DNA of 53,669 bases from an uncultured Solibacteraceae bacterium (lineage in GTDB: Bacteria; Acidobacteriota; Terriglobia; 20CM-2-55-15). Under the pieces are notes generated by a model. The model was not told the origin of the DNA. It ran no database searches and saw nothing but the letters and a program-made list of their open reading frames with translations. The position numbers and the translations under genes were made by a program. Shown one piece after another: positions 35,156 through 43,500 of this stretch. The stretch lies in contig CAZOZZ010000004.1 in NCBI GenBank assembly GCA_964584435.1, forward strand, positions 1-53,669. Reading direction: 5' to 3'. Within the stretch, counting starts at the first letter, position 1; each line of letters starts with the position of its first letter.

Positions 35156-35932
35156 ATGAATATTCTGTTCATCGGAGACACGGTTGCCCGCGCGGGCCGC
35201 TCGATTCTTCACCAGCACCTCAAGTCGCTTCAGGAGACCTGCGCGGTCGATCTGACCGTTGTCAATTGTGAAAACGCGGCTGGTGGTTTCGGTATCACTC
35301 CAAAGATCGCCGATGAACTCTTTGACTGGGGTGTTGACGTCCTGACCTCGGGTAATCACATTTGGGACAAGAAAGAGATTTTCCCCTACCTGGATTCCAA
35401 CGCCCTCTTGTTACGCCCGGCGAATTATCCACCAGGGAACCCGGGACGCGGAAGTGTCGTGGCAAAGACCCGAAGCGGCGAAAAAGTGGCTATCTTGAAC
35501 GTTCAGGGCAGGGTTTTCATGCCATCGATCGACGATCCGTTCAGGACGGTCGACTCTGAGCTCTCGGCTCTTCCGCCAGACGTGAGGGTCATCATCGTGG
35601 ACATGCATGCCGAAGCCACTGCGGAAAAAGTCGCAATGGGGTGGTACCTGGATGGAAGGGTTTCGGCGGTCCTCGGCACCCACACCCACATCCCGACAGC
35701 CGATGAAACGATTCTACCGGAGGGAACGGCGTACCAGACCGATGTCGGCATGACGGGCCCGTTCCACTCGGTCATCGGAGTTATGACTGAAGATGTGCTG
35801 CGGCGCTTTCTTCAGCAAACGCCGGTACGTTTCGAACCGGCATCCCGGGATGCGCGGCTGAACGCCGTCCTGATCGAGGTGGATTCCGGGACGGGCAAGG
35901 CCAGGTCGATCGAAAGGATCCAGCGAGGGTAG
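35156..35932 (+). CDS. ymdB: YmdB-like metallophosphoesterase (TIGR00282 family, 2',3'-cyclic-nucleotide phosphodiesterase)
   Basis: MNILFIGDTVARAGR...VVNCENAAGGFGIT...LTSGNHIWDKKEIFPYLD closely parallels B. subtilis YmdB. Confidence 0.85.
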   Translation: MNILFIGDTVARAGRSILHQHLKSLQETCAVDLTVVNCENAAGGFGITPKIADELFDWGVDVLTSGNHIWDKKEIFPYLDSNALLLRPANYPPGNPGRGSVVAKTRSGEKVAILNVQGRVFMPSIDDPFRTVDSELSALPPDVRVIIVDMHAEATAEKVAMGWYLDGRVSAVLGTHTHIPTADETILPEGTAYQTDVGMTGPFHSVIGVMTEDVLRRFLQQTPVRFEPASRDARLNAVLIEVDSGTGKARSIERIQRG

Positions 35933-35934
35933 CA

Positions 35935-37302
35935 ATGTTTGAGAATCTATCCGACAGAATCCAGGGCATCTTCAAGAACCTTCGCGGTGAGGGCAAACTC
36001 TCGGCCGAGCACATCGAAAGTGCCCTCAAAGAAATCCGTATGGCGTTGCTCGAAGCCGACGTCAACTTCAAGGTCGTGAAGCAATTCACCGACACCGTCC
36101 GAACAAAGGCGCTGGGCCAGGAAGTTCTCCAGAGCCTCAGCCCGGGTCAACAGGTCGTCAAGATCGTCCGCGATGAACTGGTGGAGATCATGGGTGGCAC
36201 GACGGCAAGGATCAACTTTGCTTCCCAGCCTCCCACCGTTCTGATGCTGGTAGGGCTCCAGGGCTCCGGAAAGACAACCTCGAGCGGCAAACTCGCCCGC
36301 TGGACCCAAAAAGAGGGTCACCGGCCGATATTGGTGTCAGTTGATGTTTACAGACCGGCTGCACGGGAACAGTTAAAAGTAATCGCTGGTGAGATTGGCG
36401 CTCGGATCTGGGACGGCAGCCCGGATGACAGCCCCCTCCAACTATGCAAGGGAGCGCTCGCCGAGGCCCGGAATTCCGCGCACGACGTTCTGATCATCGA
36501 CACGGCCGGCCGATTGCACATCGATGACGATTTGATGGCAGAACTCACTGAAATCAAAGAAACCATCAAACCCCACGAGATTCTCTTCGTTGCGGACGCG
36601 ATGCTGGGTCAGGACGCTGTCAACAGCGCGCAACAATTCCACGAGAAGCTCGGCTTCAACGGGTTCATCCTCACTAAGCTCGACGGCGACGCGCGCGGCG
36701 GAGCAGCCCTGTCGATGAAGTCGGTAACGGGCCAGCCTGTCAAGTTCGTAGGTACAGGTGAAAAGTACGACGCTATCGACGTGTTCCATCCCGATCGCCT
36801 TGTCTCCCGGATCATCGGCATGGGCGACATCATGTCGCTCATTGAAAAGGCGGAAGAGACGATCGACAAGAAGAAGGCCCTGGAACTCCAGAAGAAGGTT
36901 TTCTCAGACACCTTCACACTTGGCGATTTCAGGGACCAGCTTCGGCAGATTCGAAAGATGGGATCGCTGGAACAGATCATGGGAATGCTTCCCAACGTGG
37001 GCCCGTTCAAGGATTTGGGTAAAGTACAGGTCGACGAGAAAGAACTGGCGCGAACCGAGGCGATCATCAATTCGATGACTCCTAAGGAACGCCGGAACCA
37101 TCAGGTAATAAACGGCAGCCGTCGCAAAAGGATTGCCAGGGGCAGCGGCACGTCGGTCCAGCAGGTAAACCAGCTGCTCAAACAGTACATCCAGACCCGT
37201 AAGATGATGAAAGGACTGACGGGGGGCTCGAAGAAGAAGGGAAAGAAGGGTAAGAAAGGTCGAGGGATGCGCGGGTTCAGAATGCCACAAATGCCCATGT
37301 AG
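35935..37302 (+). CDS. ffh: Signal recognition particle protein Ffh
   Basis: MFENLSDRIQGIFKNLRG..., NG-domain GTPase motifs (GLQGSGKTT, DTAGR, TKLDGD) and an M domain with a Lys/Gly-rich tail. Confidence 0.97.
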   Translation: MFENLSDRIQGIFKNLRGEGKLSAEHIESALKEIRMALLEADVNFKVVKQFTDTVRTKALGQEVLQSLSPGQQVVKIVRDELVEIMGGTTARINFASQPPTVLMLVGLQGSGKTTSSGKLARWTQKEGHRPILVSVDVYRPAAREQLKVIAGEIGARIWDGSPDDSPLQLCKGALAEARNSAHDVLIIDTAGRLHIDDDLMAELTEIKETIKPHEILFVADAMLGQDAVNSAQQFHEKLGFNGFILTKLDGDARGGAALSMKSVTGQPVKFVGTGEKYDAIDVFHPDRLVSRIIGMGDIMSLIEKAEETIDKKKALELQKKVFSDTFTLGDFRDQLRQIRKMGSLEQIMGMLPNVGPFKDLGKVQVDEKELARTEAIINSMTPKERRNHQVINGSRRKRIARGSGTSVQQVNQLLKQYIQTRKMMKGLTGGSKKKGKKGKKGRGMRGFRMPQMPM

Positions 37303-37315
37303 GGGTATAATTCTA

Positions 37316-37345
37316 TTGACGGTCTTTTCTCTGGAAAACTATAAT
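37316..37345 (+). promoter_or_regulatory. Candidate sigma-70 promoter of the rpsP operon (TTGACG-18 nt-TATAAT)
   Basis: The -35 box is at 37316-37321 and the -10 box at 37340-37345, in an AT-rich ffh-rpsP spacer. Confidence 0.35.
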
Positions 37346-37438
37346 TCTAAAATGTTTAGTGGAGACTCCGTAGGTCGTACTGTCTTCAGTCGCTACCGAG
37401 ACGGTGTTTTCTGTTCACATAGTTAGGAGGCAGATATT

Positions 37439-37678
37439 TTGGTAGCGATGCGACTGACCCGAATCGGGTCGAAAAAACGCCCGTGTTACAGAATTGTTGT
37501 GATTGAGAAACGCAGGGCGCAGAACGGCCGTTTTCTAGAGATCCTAGGCCAGTACAACCCCCTTTCCGAACCGGCCCGCATCGAGGTCAACGAGGACCGG
37601 GCACGTTACTGGCTGTCGAAAGGGGCAAAGCCTTCGGAAACGGTGCGCAGTATTCTACGCAAGAAAGAAATCGTGTAG
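37439..37678 (+). CDS. rpsP: 30S ribosomal protein S16
   Basis: MVAMRLTRIGSKKRPCYRIVV... The TTG start lies 8 nt after AGGAGG. The ATG at 37448 is an alternative. Confidence 0.93.
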   Translation: MVAMRLTRIGSKKRPCYRIVVIEKRRAQNGRFLEILGQYNPLSEPARIEVNEDRARYWLSKGAKPSETVRSILRKKEIV

Positions 37679-37754
37679 AACTCCGGTCGCGGTATGGACT
37701 CGGGCTCAGACGCTGACCTGAAACGCGTGTAGTTGACGTTCGGGAGGAAGTAGC

Positions 37755-37985
37755 ATGAAAGAGCTCATCGAACAGATCGCGAAGGCGCTTGTGGACAGTC
37801 CTGACGAAGTAACTGTCCGTCCGATCGAAGGGGAACAAATCACCGTTCTCGAGTTGAGGGTCGCTCAAAGCGACCTCGGCAAGGTTATTGGAAAGCAGGG
37901 TAGGACAGCGCGATCCATTCGAACCATTCTCAGTGCGGCCGGAATGAAGCTGAAGAAGCGGTTCACGCTAGAAATCCTGGAGTAA
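37755..37985 (+). CDS. KH-domain RNA-binding protein (YlqC/UPF0109 family)
   Basis: 76 aa with [19 protein letters not shown] (a GxxG KH motif). It holds the conserved position between rpsP and rimM. Confidence 0.85.
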   Translation: MKELIEQIAKALVDSPDEVTVRPIEGEQITVLELRVAQSDLGKVIGKQGRTARSIRTILSAAGMKLKKRFTLEILE

Positions 37986-38110
37986 GCGCCATCGGCCACC
38001 AGGAACCTTTTATCCCTCTCGCTCGAATCACCCGGACTCAAGGCCGTCGCGGGGAAGTTCGCGTTCAGGTCGAATTTGCAGACTTTCGGCTTTTCGCTGC
38101 CGGTCGTGAG

Positions 38111-38518
38111 GTGACACTGGCTGTGGAAGAGCGGCGCAGGAAATCGACGATCGAAGGTTTCCGCCAGCAGCACGGCCGTTTTGTTTTGAAGCTCGAGGGC
38201 ATCGATTCGATCTCCGAAGCGGAGGAATGGCTCGGGGGACGGATCTCGATCCCGAAGCAGGATCTACCGGAGTCGGAACCGGGCTCTTTCTACAGCTTCG
38301 AACTCGAGGGATGTCAGGTGTTTGCAGCAGGTGAGAACATCGGAACGGTCAAGGCGGTAGTGGACTACGCCGGAACCGAGATGCTGAGCCTGGACCGGGA
38401 AGGTGAGGAGATACTGATCCCTTTCGTCCATGCTTTCCTGAAAACGGTCGATACGGAGAAGAAGCGGATCGAGGTGGAATTACCGGAGGGTTTGGTGGAG
38501 TTGAACAAGGGAAAGTAG
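38111..38518 (+). CDS. rimM: 16S rRNA processing protein RimM (canonical-start ORF only; homology continues upstream to at least 37982)
   Basis: The PRC-barrel C-terminal part lies in ORF 38111..38518. The same frame upstream encodes ...FIPLARITRTQGRRGEVRVQVEFADF, the RimM N-terminal signature, with no ATG/GTG/TTG. See the finding on this gene. Confidence 0.8.
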   Translation: MTLAVEERRRKSTIEGFRQQHGRFVLKLEGIDSISEAEEWLGGRISIPKQDLPESEPGSFYSFELEGCQVFAAGENIGTVKAVVDYAGTEMLSLDREGEEILIPFVHAFLKTVDTEKKRIEVELPEGLVELNKGK

Positions 38519-38573
38519 TGTTGGAGTGATCAGTGTGCAGACAGGGGCGACCGACCACCTCTGGATTCCAGCA

Positions 38574-38604
38574 ACTGACCACTGACCACTGACCACTGAC
38601 CACT
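38574..38604. repeat. Period-7 tandem repeat (ACTGACC x 4.4)
   Basis: ACTGACC ACTGACC ACTGACC ACTGACC ACT lies in the rimM-trmD spacer. This is the same unit as the right arm of the 34784..34923 element. The upstream AGTGATCAGTG is a weak inverted partner. Confidence 0.7.
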
Positions 38605-38612
38605 TTTTCTCA

Positions 38613-39353
38613 ATGTTGTCTTTCGACATCATCACCATCTTTCCGGAATTCTTTAACGGACCGTTCGAGCACGGCATCATCCGTCGGGCCCGACAGCGCG
38701 AACTGATCGAAACGGCGGTTCACGATCTGCGAACTTACACGAGTGACAAACATCGAACGGTGGATGACAGGCCGTTCGGTGGCGGCGAAGGAATGGTCTT
38801 GAAGCCGGAGCCGATTTTCGAGGCGGTCGAAGCCGTCCGAGACCAGAGTGCCGTAGCGGTTGAAACCGTTGTGCTGAGTGCGGCTGGCCGCACGTTTACT
38901 CAGGCCGAAGCACTCCGTTTGTCGAAGTCCGACCAGATCGTTTTGATCTGCGGTCGCTACGAGGGTATCGACGAGCGCGTGACCGAGGACCTGGCCACGG
39001 CGGAAATCTCGATCGGCGATTACATCGTGTCGGGAGGGGAGATAGCGGCGGCGGTTGTCGTTGACGCGGTAACTCGTTACGTACCCGGAGCCGTGGGTAA
39101 AGAGGAGTCGATTCTGCGGGATTCCTTTTCGGACCCGATGGCGCTATCGCCACGCGTCGAGCATCCGCATTATACGAGACCCGCCGAGTACCGCGGGCTC
39201 CGGGTGCCCGAGGTCTTGATTTCGGGTGATCACGCGGCCATTGCCGGATGGCGACAGGCTGCGGCTTTCGAAAAGACTCTTAAGAACAGGCCCGATCTCG
39301 TACACGAGGAAGACCGACCGAAGATCGAGGGAAAACGGGATACCACGAGCTGA
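38613..39353 (+). CDS. trmD: tRNA (guanine37-N1)-methyltransferase
   Basis: [23 protein letters not shown]..., [30 protein letters not shown]. Confidence 0.95.
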   Translation: MLSFDIITIFPEFFNGPFEHGIIRRARQRELIETAVHDLRTYTSDKHRTVDDRPFGGGEGMVLKPEPIFEAVEAVRDQSAVAVETVVLSAAGRTFTQAEALRLSKSDQIVLICGRYEGIDERVTEDLATAEISIGDYIVSGGEIAAAVVVDAVTRYVPGAVGKEESILRDSFSDPMALSPRVEHPHYTRPAEYRGLRVPEVLISGDHAAIAGWRQAAAFEKTLKNRPDLVHEEDRPKIEGKRDTTS

Positions 39354-39417
39354 AGACCGAAAACACAGTGTCACTGTGTGGCCAAAGAACAGAAATCAGG
39401 TATTATGTGAGGAAGTT

Positions 39418-39765
39418 ATGAACGTCATAGACATGGTGGAAGAGGCACAACTGCGAGACGATCTGCCCGCGTTTAGTCCAGGGGACACGCTGAAAGTCCA
39501 CGTCCGCATCACCGAAGGAGAAAAGGAGCGGATTCAGGTATTCGAAGGTGTCTGCATCGCACAGAAGCACGGCGGTGTCAGAGCTACCTTTACCGTTCGC
39601 AAAATCTCGTTCGGGCAGGGAGTAGAACGCGTCTTCCCGCTCCACTCAAAGATCATCGACAAGATAGAAGTCATACGAAGGGGTCGCGTCCGGCGCGCAA
39701 AGCTGTATTACATCCGCGAGCTTCGCGGAAAGGCCGCGCGCATCCGCGAACTCAAGAGACGATAG
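39418..39765 (+). CDS. rplS: 50S ribosomal protein L19
   Basis: The internal ATG after GAGGAAG gives [42 protein letters not shown]. The upstream part of ORF 39226.. overlaps trmD and is not coding. Confidence 0.95.
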   Translation: MNVIDMVEEAQLRDDLPAFSPGDTLKVHVRITEGEKERIQVFEGVCIAQKHGGVRATFTVRKISFGQGVERVFPLHSKIIDKIEVIRRGRVRRAKLYYIRELRGKAARIRELKRR

Positions 39766-39837
39766 TCAGCGTTGGCCCGTGACGCCTCTGAACACAGTTT
39801 CATTGACAGGCGTTACCTATCTCGGCCTGGACCAACA

Positions 39838-40086
39838 ATGAATCGAGTCTTTGCGGTGGCAGTCATCCTGTTTTGCTTCGAGATCGGTTTCTTCCTGATC
39901 ATTGTCCCCTGGTCCTCCCTGTGGGAGAACAACCTTCTCTTCTCGTACGCGCCTGGTCTTCGCCCGCTCTTCCTCAACTATGTGGTCCGGGCAGGGGTGT
40001 CGGGGCTGGGCGTGCTTGATTTTCTGATCGGCGTCTCTGAAGTGAGACGCCTTTTTCGTGCCTCGCGCATGGTCAACGCCGAATAG
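39838..40086 (+). CDS. Small hypothetical membrane protein (82 aa)
   Basis: ATG at 39838. Two predicted transmembrane helices (VFAVAVILFCFEIGFFLIIVPW and VVRAGVSGLGVLDFLIGV). No family recognised. Confidence 0.4.
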   Translation: MNRVFAVAVILFCFEIGFFLIIVPWSSLWENNLLFSYAPGLRPLFLNYVVRAGVSGLGVLDFLIGVSEVRRLFRASRMVNAE

Positions 40087-40112
40087 CCGGACTCGGAGAA
40101 ACCCGCCTCGAA

Positions 40113-40658
40113 ATGCTTCGCTACTACGTCACGAACCGCCACGGATGTGATGTCCTCCGAACCGCGGAGCTTGCGATTGCCTCCGGGATCGACATGATTC
40201 AGATTCGAGAGAAAGATCTGACCTCTCGCGAACTCCTCGACCTGGTCCGTCGAATCGCCGGGATCGCAGAAGACAGTCCAACGCGCGTACTGGTGAACGA
40301 CCGTCTGGATATCGCCAGGGCCGTTGGAGTATCCGGCGTACACCTGCCTCAAAACGGACTCCCGGCCGCAAGCGTACGGCCTCTGGTCGACATCCTCGGC
40401 GTTTCCACCCACACAAAGGAGGAAGTTCGGGACGCCGAAGCCGCGGGTGCCGACTTCGTGGTCTTCGGCCCGATCTTCGACACCCCCGGGAAAACCGCGG
40501 TGGGATTGGATCGCCTCCGTGAGGTGAGCGCTGCCGTTCGCATCCCGGTTCTTGCGATCGGGGGCATCACCGAAAAGAACACCCCTCTTGTAGTGGAGGC
40601 TGGTGCAGCAGGGATCGCCGCCATCCGTATGTTTCAAAAGGGCGAGAGTCCGAGCTAG
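40113..40658 (+). CDS. thiE: Thiamine-phosphate synthase (ThiE/TenI family)
   Basis: IQIREKDL, LVNDRLDIA, GVHLPQ, STHT, GADFVVFGPIFDTPGK, PVLAIGGI. Confidence 0.8.
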   Translation: MLRYYVTNRHGCDVLRTAELAIASGIDMIQIREKDLTSRELLDLVRRIAGIAEDSPTRVLVNDRLDIARAVGVSGVHLPQNGLPAASVRPLVDILGVSTHTKEEVRDAEAAGADFVVFGPIFDTPGKTAVGLDRLREVSAAVRIPVLAIGGITEKNTPLVVEAGAAGIAAIRMFQKGESPS

Positions 40659-40673
40659 AAGGGCTCAGAAGTT

Positions 40674-40759
40674 TCGACGCAAAGACGCCAAGTCGCAGAG
40701 GGCCACGGAGATAGATATATATTTTCTGCGACCTTTGCGACTTGGCGTCTTTGCGTTGA
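40674..40759. repeat. Composite palindromic intergenic element
   Basis: TCGACGCAAAGACGCCAAGTCGCAGAG ... CTGCGACCTTTGCGACTTGGCGTCTTTGCGTTGA around an AT-rich centre (GATAGATATATATTTT). It fills the convergent thiE / pyrF gap. Confidence 0.7.
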
Positions 40760-40768
40760 CAGGAACGT

Positions 40769-41479
40769 TCAGGTCAGCGAATTCAGAACTTCGATGAGGG
40801 CTGCACGAGGGTCCTCGGCCTGATTCACATATCGGCCGATGACGACATGGTCGGCGCCTGCCTCGATGGCCTGGCGCGGCGTGGCGACACGTTCCTGATC
40901 GTCAGCGGATTGTCCCGGCATTCGAACACCGGGCGTTACGATTGTGGCTCGTTCGTCGATGTTGCTTCTCAGCAGCCCGATCTCTTCGGCCGAACAGACG
41001 AAACCGTCCGCGCCGGCATCGAGTGCCATCCTCGCCAACAGCAGTACCTGGTCGGCTGCATCCCGCTCAACACCCGTCTTCCGAAGGGCAGTCGGGTCGA
41101 TGCTCGTGAGCACGGTAACGGCCACCACGGTGGGTCTTTCATTGCCGAAGCGATCTTCGAGGTCGCTTATCGTCGCCGCTATCATGGCAGGACCACCCGA
41201 GGCATGGATGGTCATCATCGAAACTCCCAGTTTCGCGGCCTCGGCGGCCGCATTTCGAACGGTGTTGGGAATGTCGTGAAACTTCAAATCGAGAAACACC
41301 CGTTCGCCACGCTCGACGACTTCGCGGATGACATCCGGGCCTTCGGCCATGAAGAGCTGATTGCCGATCTTGAACATCCCTACCAGCCCGCCCAGTTCTT
41401 CCACGAGTCGCAGGGCGTGGGCGCGGGATGAAACATCCAGAGCCACGATGACCGGGGCCGGTCCCGCCGAAACGTTCAT
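40769..41479 (-). CDS. pyrF: Orotidine 5'-phosphate decarboxylase
   Basis: VIVALDV..., FKIGNQLF, FLDLKFHDIPNTV, VVIGR. Its start overlaps the pyrD stop (ATGA). Confidence 0.9.
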   Translation of the reverse strand: MNVSAGPAPVIVALDVSSRAHALRLVEELGGLVGMFKIGNQLFMAEGPDVIREVVERGERVFLDLKFHDIPNTVRNAAAEAAKLGVSMMTIHASGGPAMIAATISDLEDRFGNERPTVVAVTVLTSIDPTALRKTGVERDAADQVLLLARMALDAGADGFVCSAEEIGLLRSNIDERATIVTPGVRMPGQSADDQERVATPRQAIEAGADHVVIGRYVNQAEDPRAALIEVLNSLT

Positions 41480-42399
41480 GATTCCTTCACCTGCCCGACC
41501 AGATCCGCGATCGACCGAATGCGCTTCCGTTTCATGAATCGTTCCAGCTCATCCACAATCCGGATCGAGGCCCGGGGATCCTCGAAATTCGCCGTGCCGA
41601 CCTGGACCGCCGAGGCTCCGGCGAGGAAGTACTCCACGGCATCCAGACCTGAGGAGATGCCGCCAAGGCCAAAGATCGGTATTGTTACTGCCCGGGCACA
41701 CTGGTAGACCATCCGCAGGGTGATCGGCCGGATGGCCGGCCCCGAGAGCCCACCGGTGATCGTCTCGATACGAGGATGGAACGATTCCGGGTCGATCGCC
41801 ATCCCCAGGTAGGTATTCGCTACGGTCAGCGCGTCGGCACCCGCCTCCTCGGCTGCAAGAGCGATCCCGGCAACGTCGGTCACGTTCGGGGAAAGCTTGA
41901 CTATCAAAGGACGTTTTGACACTTCCTTCACCCTCATGGTCAGCTGGCCCGTCGCGGCGGCATTCGTCCCGAAGACCATTCCACCTTCCTTGGTGTTCGG
42001 GCAGGAAACGTTCAGTTCGTAGCCGGCGATTCCTTCACACGCGTTGAGCTTTCGAACAATTTCCACATATTCGTCAGCGCAGAAACCGAATACATTGACG
42101 AAGACAGGGCAGCCTGAGGTCCGAAGGAACGGCATCTTGTCCCGGATGAAGGCATCGACACCGACATTCTGAAGTCCGATCGAATTCAACATCCCGGACG
42201 AGGTTGGAAACAGGCGGGGTGCGGGATTTCCTTCGATCGGTCTGGCCGACGTCCCCTTCACCGAGATCCCGCCGATCCGGGCCAGATCGAGCAGCCCTTC
42301 GAATTCTTCTCCGTAACCGGCCGTCCCACTGGCCAAAACGACTGGATTTGGGAGCTTTATGCCCGCTATTTCCACGGAGAGGTCAGGAAGGCTACTCAT
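41476..42399 (-). CDS. pyrD: Dihydroorotate dehydrogenase, class 1 catalytic subunit
   Basis: GIKLPNPVVLASGT, ELNVSCPN, VKLSPNV, GGLSGPAIRPI, IFGLGGI. No pyrK is adjacent. Confidence 0.9.
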   Translation of the reverse strand: MSSLPDLSVEIAGIKLPNPVVLASGTAGYGEEFEGLLDLARIGGISVKGTSARPIEGNPAPRLFPTSSGMLNSIGLQNVGVDAFIRDKMPFLRTSGCPVFVNVFGFCADEYVEIVRKLNACEGIAGYELNVSCPNTKEGGMVFGTNAAATGQLTMRVKEVSKRPLIVKLSPNVTDVAGIALAAEEAGADALTVANTYLGMAIDPESFHPRIETITGGLSGPAIRPITLRMVYQCARAVTIPIFGLGGISSGLDAVEYFLAGASAVQVGTANFEDPRASIRIVDELERFMKRKRIRSIADLVGQVKES

Positions 42400-42443
42400 A
42401 CCGAGACGAATCTATCATATAATCCTCCGGCGATGACGTGCTC

Positions 42444-42512
42444 AGAGTCCAAAGTCCAAGGTCCAGAGTCCAAAGTCTTTACGCAGATTACGCAGATTAC
42501 GCAGATTATGAG
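42444..42512. repeat. Two abutting short tandem arrays: ARRGTCC x5 (period 7), then TTACGCAGA x3.7 (period 9)
   Basis: AGAGTCC AAAGTCC AAGGTCC AGAGTCC AAAGTCT at 42444-42478, then TTACGCAGA x3 plus TTATGAG at 42479-42512. They lie in the divergent pyrD / pyrB spacer. Confidence 0.7.
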
Positions 42513-42564
42513 TCCCGGGTCTGAACCCAGGGCTGCTCGCTGAAAGCTGACTTCTAATGCCCAA

Positions 42565-43500
42565 ATGATGCAAAAACGAGACCTGCTCGGAATCGAGGAC
42601 CTGTCATCCGAGGATATCCTCGCGATTCTGGACTCCGCCGTGTCATTCGAGGAAATTGGCGACAGTCCGGTGAAGAAGCTTCCGAACCTCCGGGGTAAGA
42701 CAGTTATCAATCTGTTCTTCGAAGCGTCAACACGGACCAGAACTTCGTTTGAAGTGGCGGGGAAGCGGCTCTCGGCCGACGTGATCAACGTATCAGGTTC
42801 GGGCAGCAGCGTCTCGAAAGGCGAAACCCTCGTCGACACGGCAAAGACCCTGGACGCGATGGCTCCCGACTGTATCGTTATCAGGCATGCATCGGCCGGT
42901 GTACCGCACCAGATTTCCAGGCACTCGAAAGCGTCGGTTGTGAACGCCGGGGACGGGGCTCATGAGCACCCGACACAGGCCCTTCTTGACGCCTACACGA
43001 TTCGCCGGCACAAGGGAAAATTGGACGGCCTGAAGGTTGCAATCGTTGGCGATATCACACACAGCCGCGTGGCCAGATCGAACCTGTTGGCACTGACCCG
43101 ATTCGGCTCCCACGTCTGGTTGTGCGCGGCGCCGACTCTGATTCCTCCCGGCATCGAAAGGATCACGGGTTCGGAAAACCCATATCTCCACGTTACCAGT
43201 TCGATGACCGAAGCCATCCAGGATGCCGATGTCGTCATGATGCTGCGAATTCAGTTCGAAAGGATGAGCGAATCTTTCTTCCCGTCGACCCGGGAGTACT
43301 GCCGATATTTTGGCCTGACGGCGGAAAGATTGCGCCTGGCGGCTCCCGACGTCACCGTAATGCATCCGGGTCCGATCAACCGCGGGGTCGAGATTTCCGC
43401 CGAAGTTGCCGACGGCCCGTACTCGGCGATCCTCGACCAGGTTTCCGCCGGTGTCGCGGTCCGCATGGCGATTCTCGATCGACTGTTGGGAGGTTCATGA
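42565..43500 (+). CDS. pyrB: Aspartate carbamoyltransferase catalytic subunit
   Basis: [31 protein letters not shown]. Confidence 0.95.
   Translation: MMQKRDLLGIEDLSSEDILAILDSAVSFEEIGDSPVKKLPNLRGKTVINLFFEASTRTRTSFEVAGKRLSADVINVSGSGSSVSKGETLVDTAKTLDAMAPDCIVIRHASAGVPHQISRHSKASVVNAGDGAHEHPTQALLDAYTIRRHKGKLDGLKVAIVGDITHSRVARSNLLALTRFGSHVWLCAAPTLIPPGIERITGSENPYLHVTSSMTEAIQDADVVMMLRIQFERMSESFFPSTREYCRYFGLTAERLRLAAPDVTVMHPGPINRGVEISAEVADGPYSAILDQVSAGVAVRMAILDRLLGGS

Noticed and set aside
40087-40112. TPP riboswitch upstream of thiE, and T-box or other leaders upstream of thrS, pheS and leuS.
   Set aside because: The thiE spacer is only 26 nt. The thrS, pheS and leuS upstream regions are short or directly coupled to the preceding genes, and they show no specifier or T-box-like conserved sequence.
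42444-42478. PyrR-binding anti-antiterminator in the pyrB leader, suggested by GGUCCAGAGUCC, which resembles the UCCAGAGAGG core.
   Set aside because: Only the UCCAGAG part matches, and it arises as one unit of the heptamer array. There is no adjacent terminator/antiterminator pair and no pyrR gene in the window.
43122-43496. N-terminal extensions offered by the ORF track: 43122.. for pyrC, 39226.. for rplS, 693.. for the cytochrome, 26209.. for DUF1028, 29311 for thrS, 23350 for the TBDR, 13917 for oadG and 48971 for rnhA.
   Set aside because: In each case an internal start has a Shine-Dalgarno sequence and/or ATGA coupling and matches the family N-terminus or a signal peptide. The extension overlaps the upstream gene or lacks homology.
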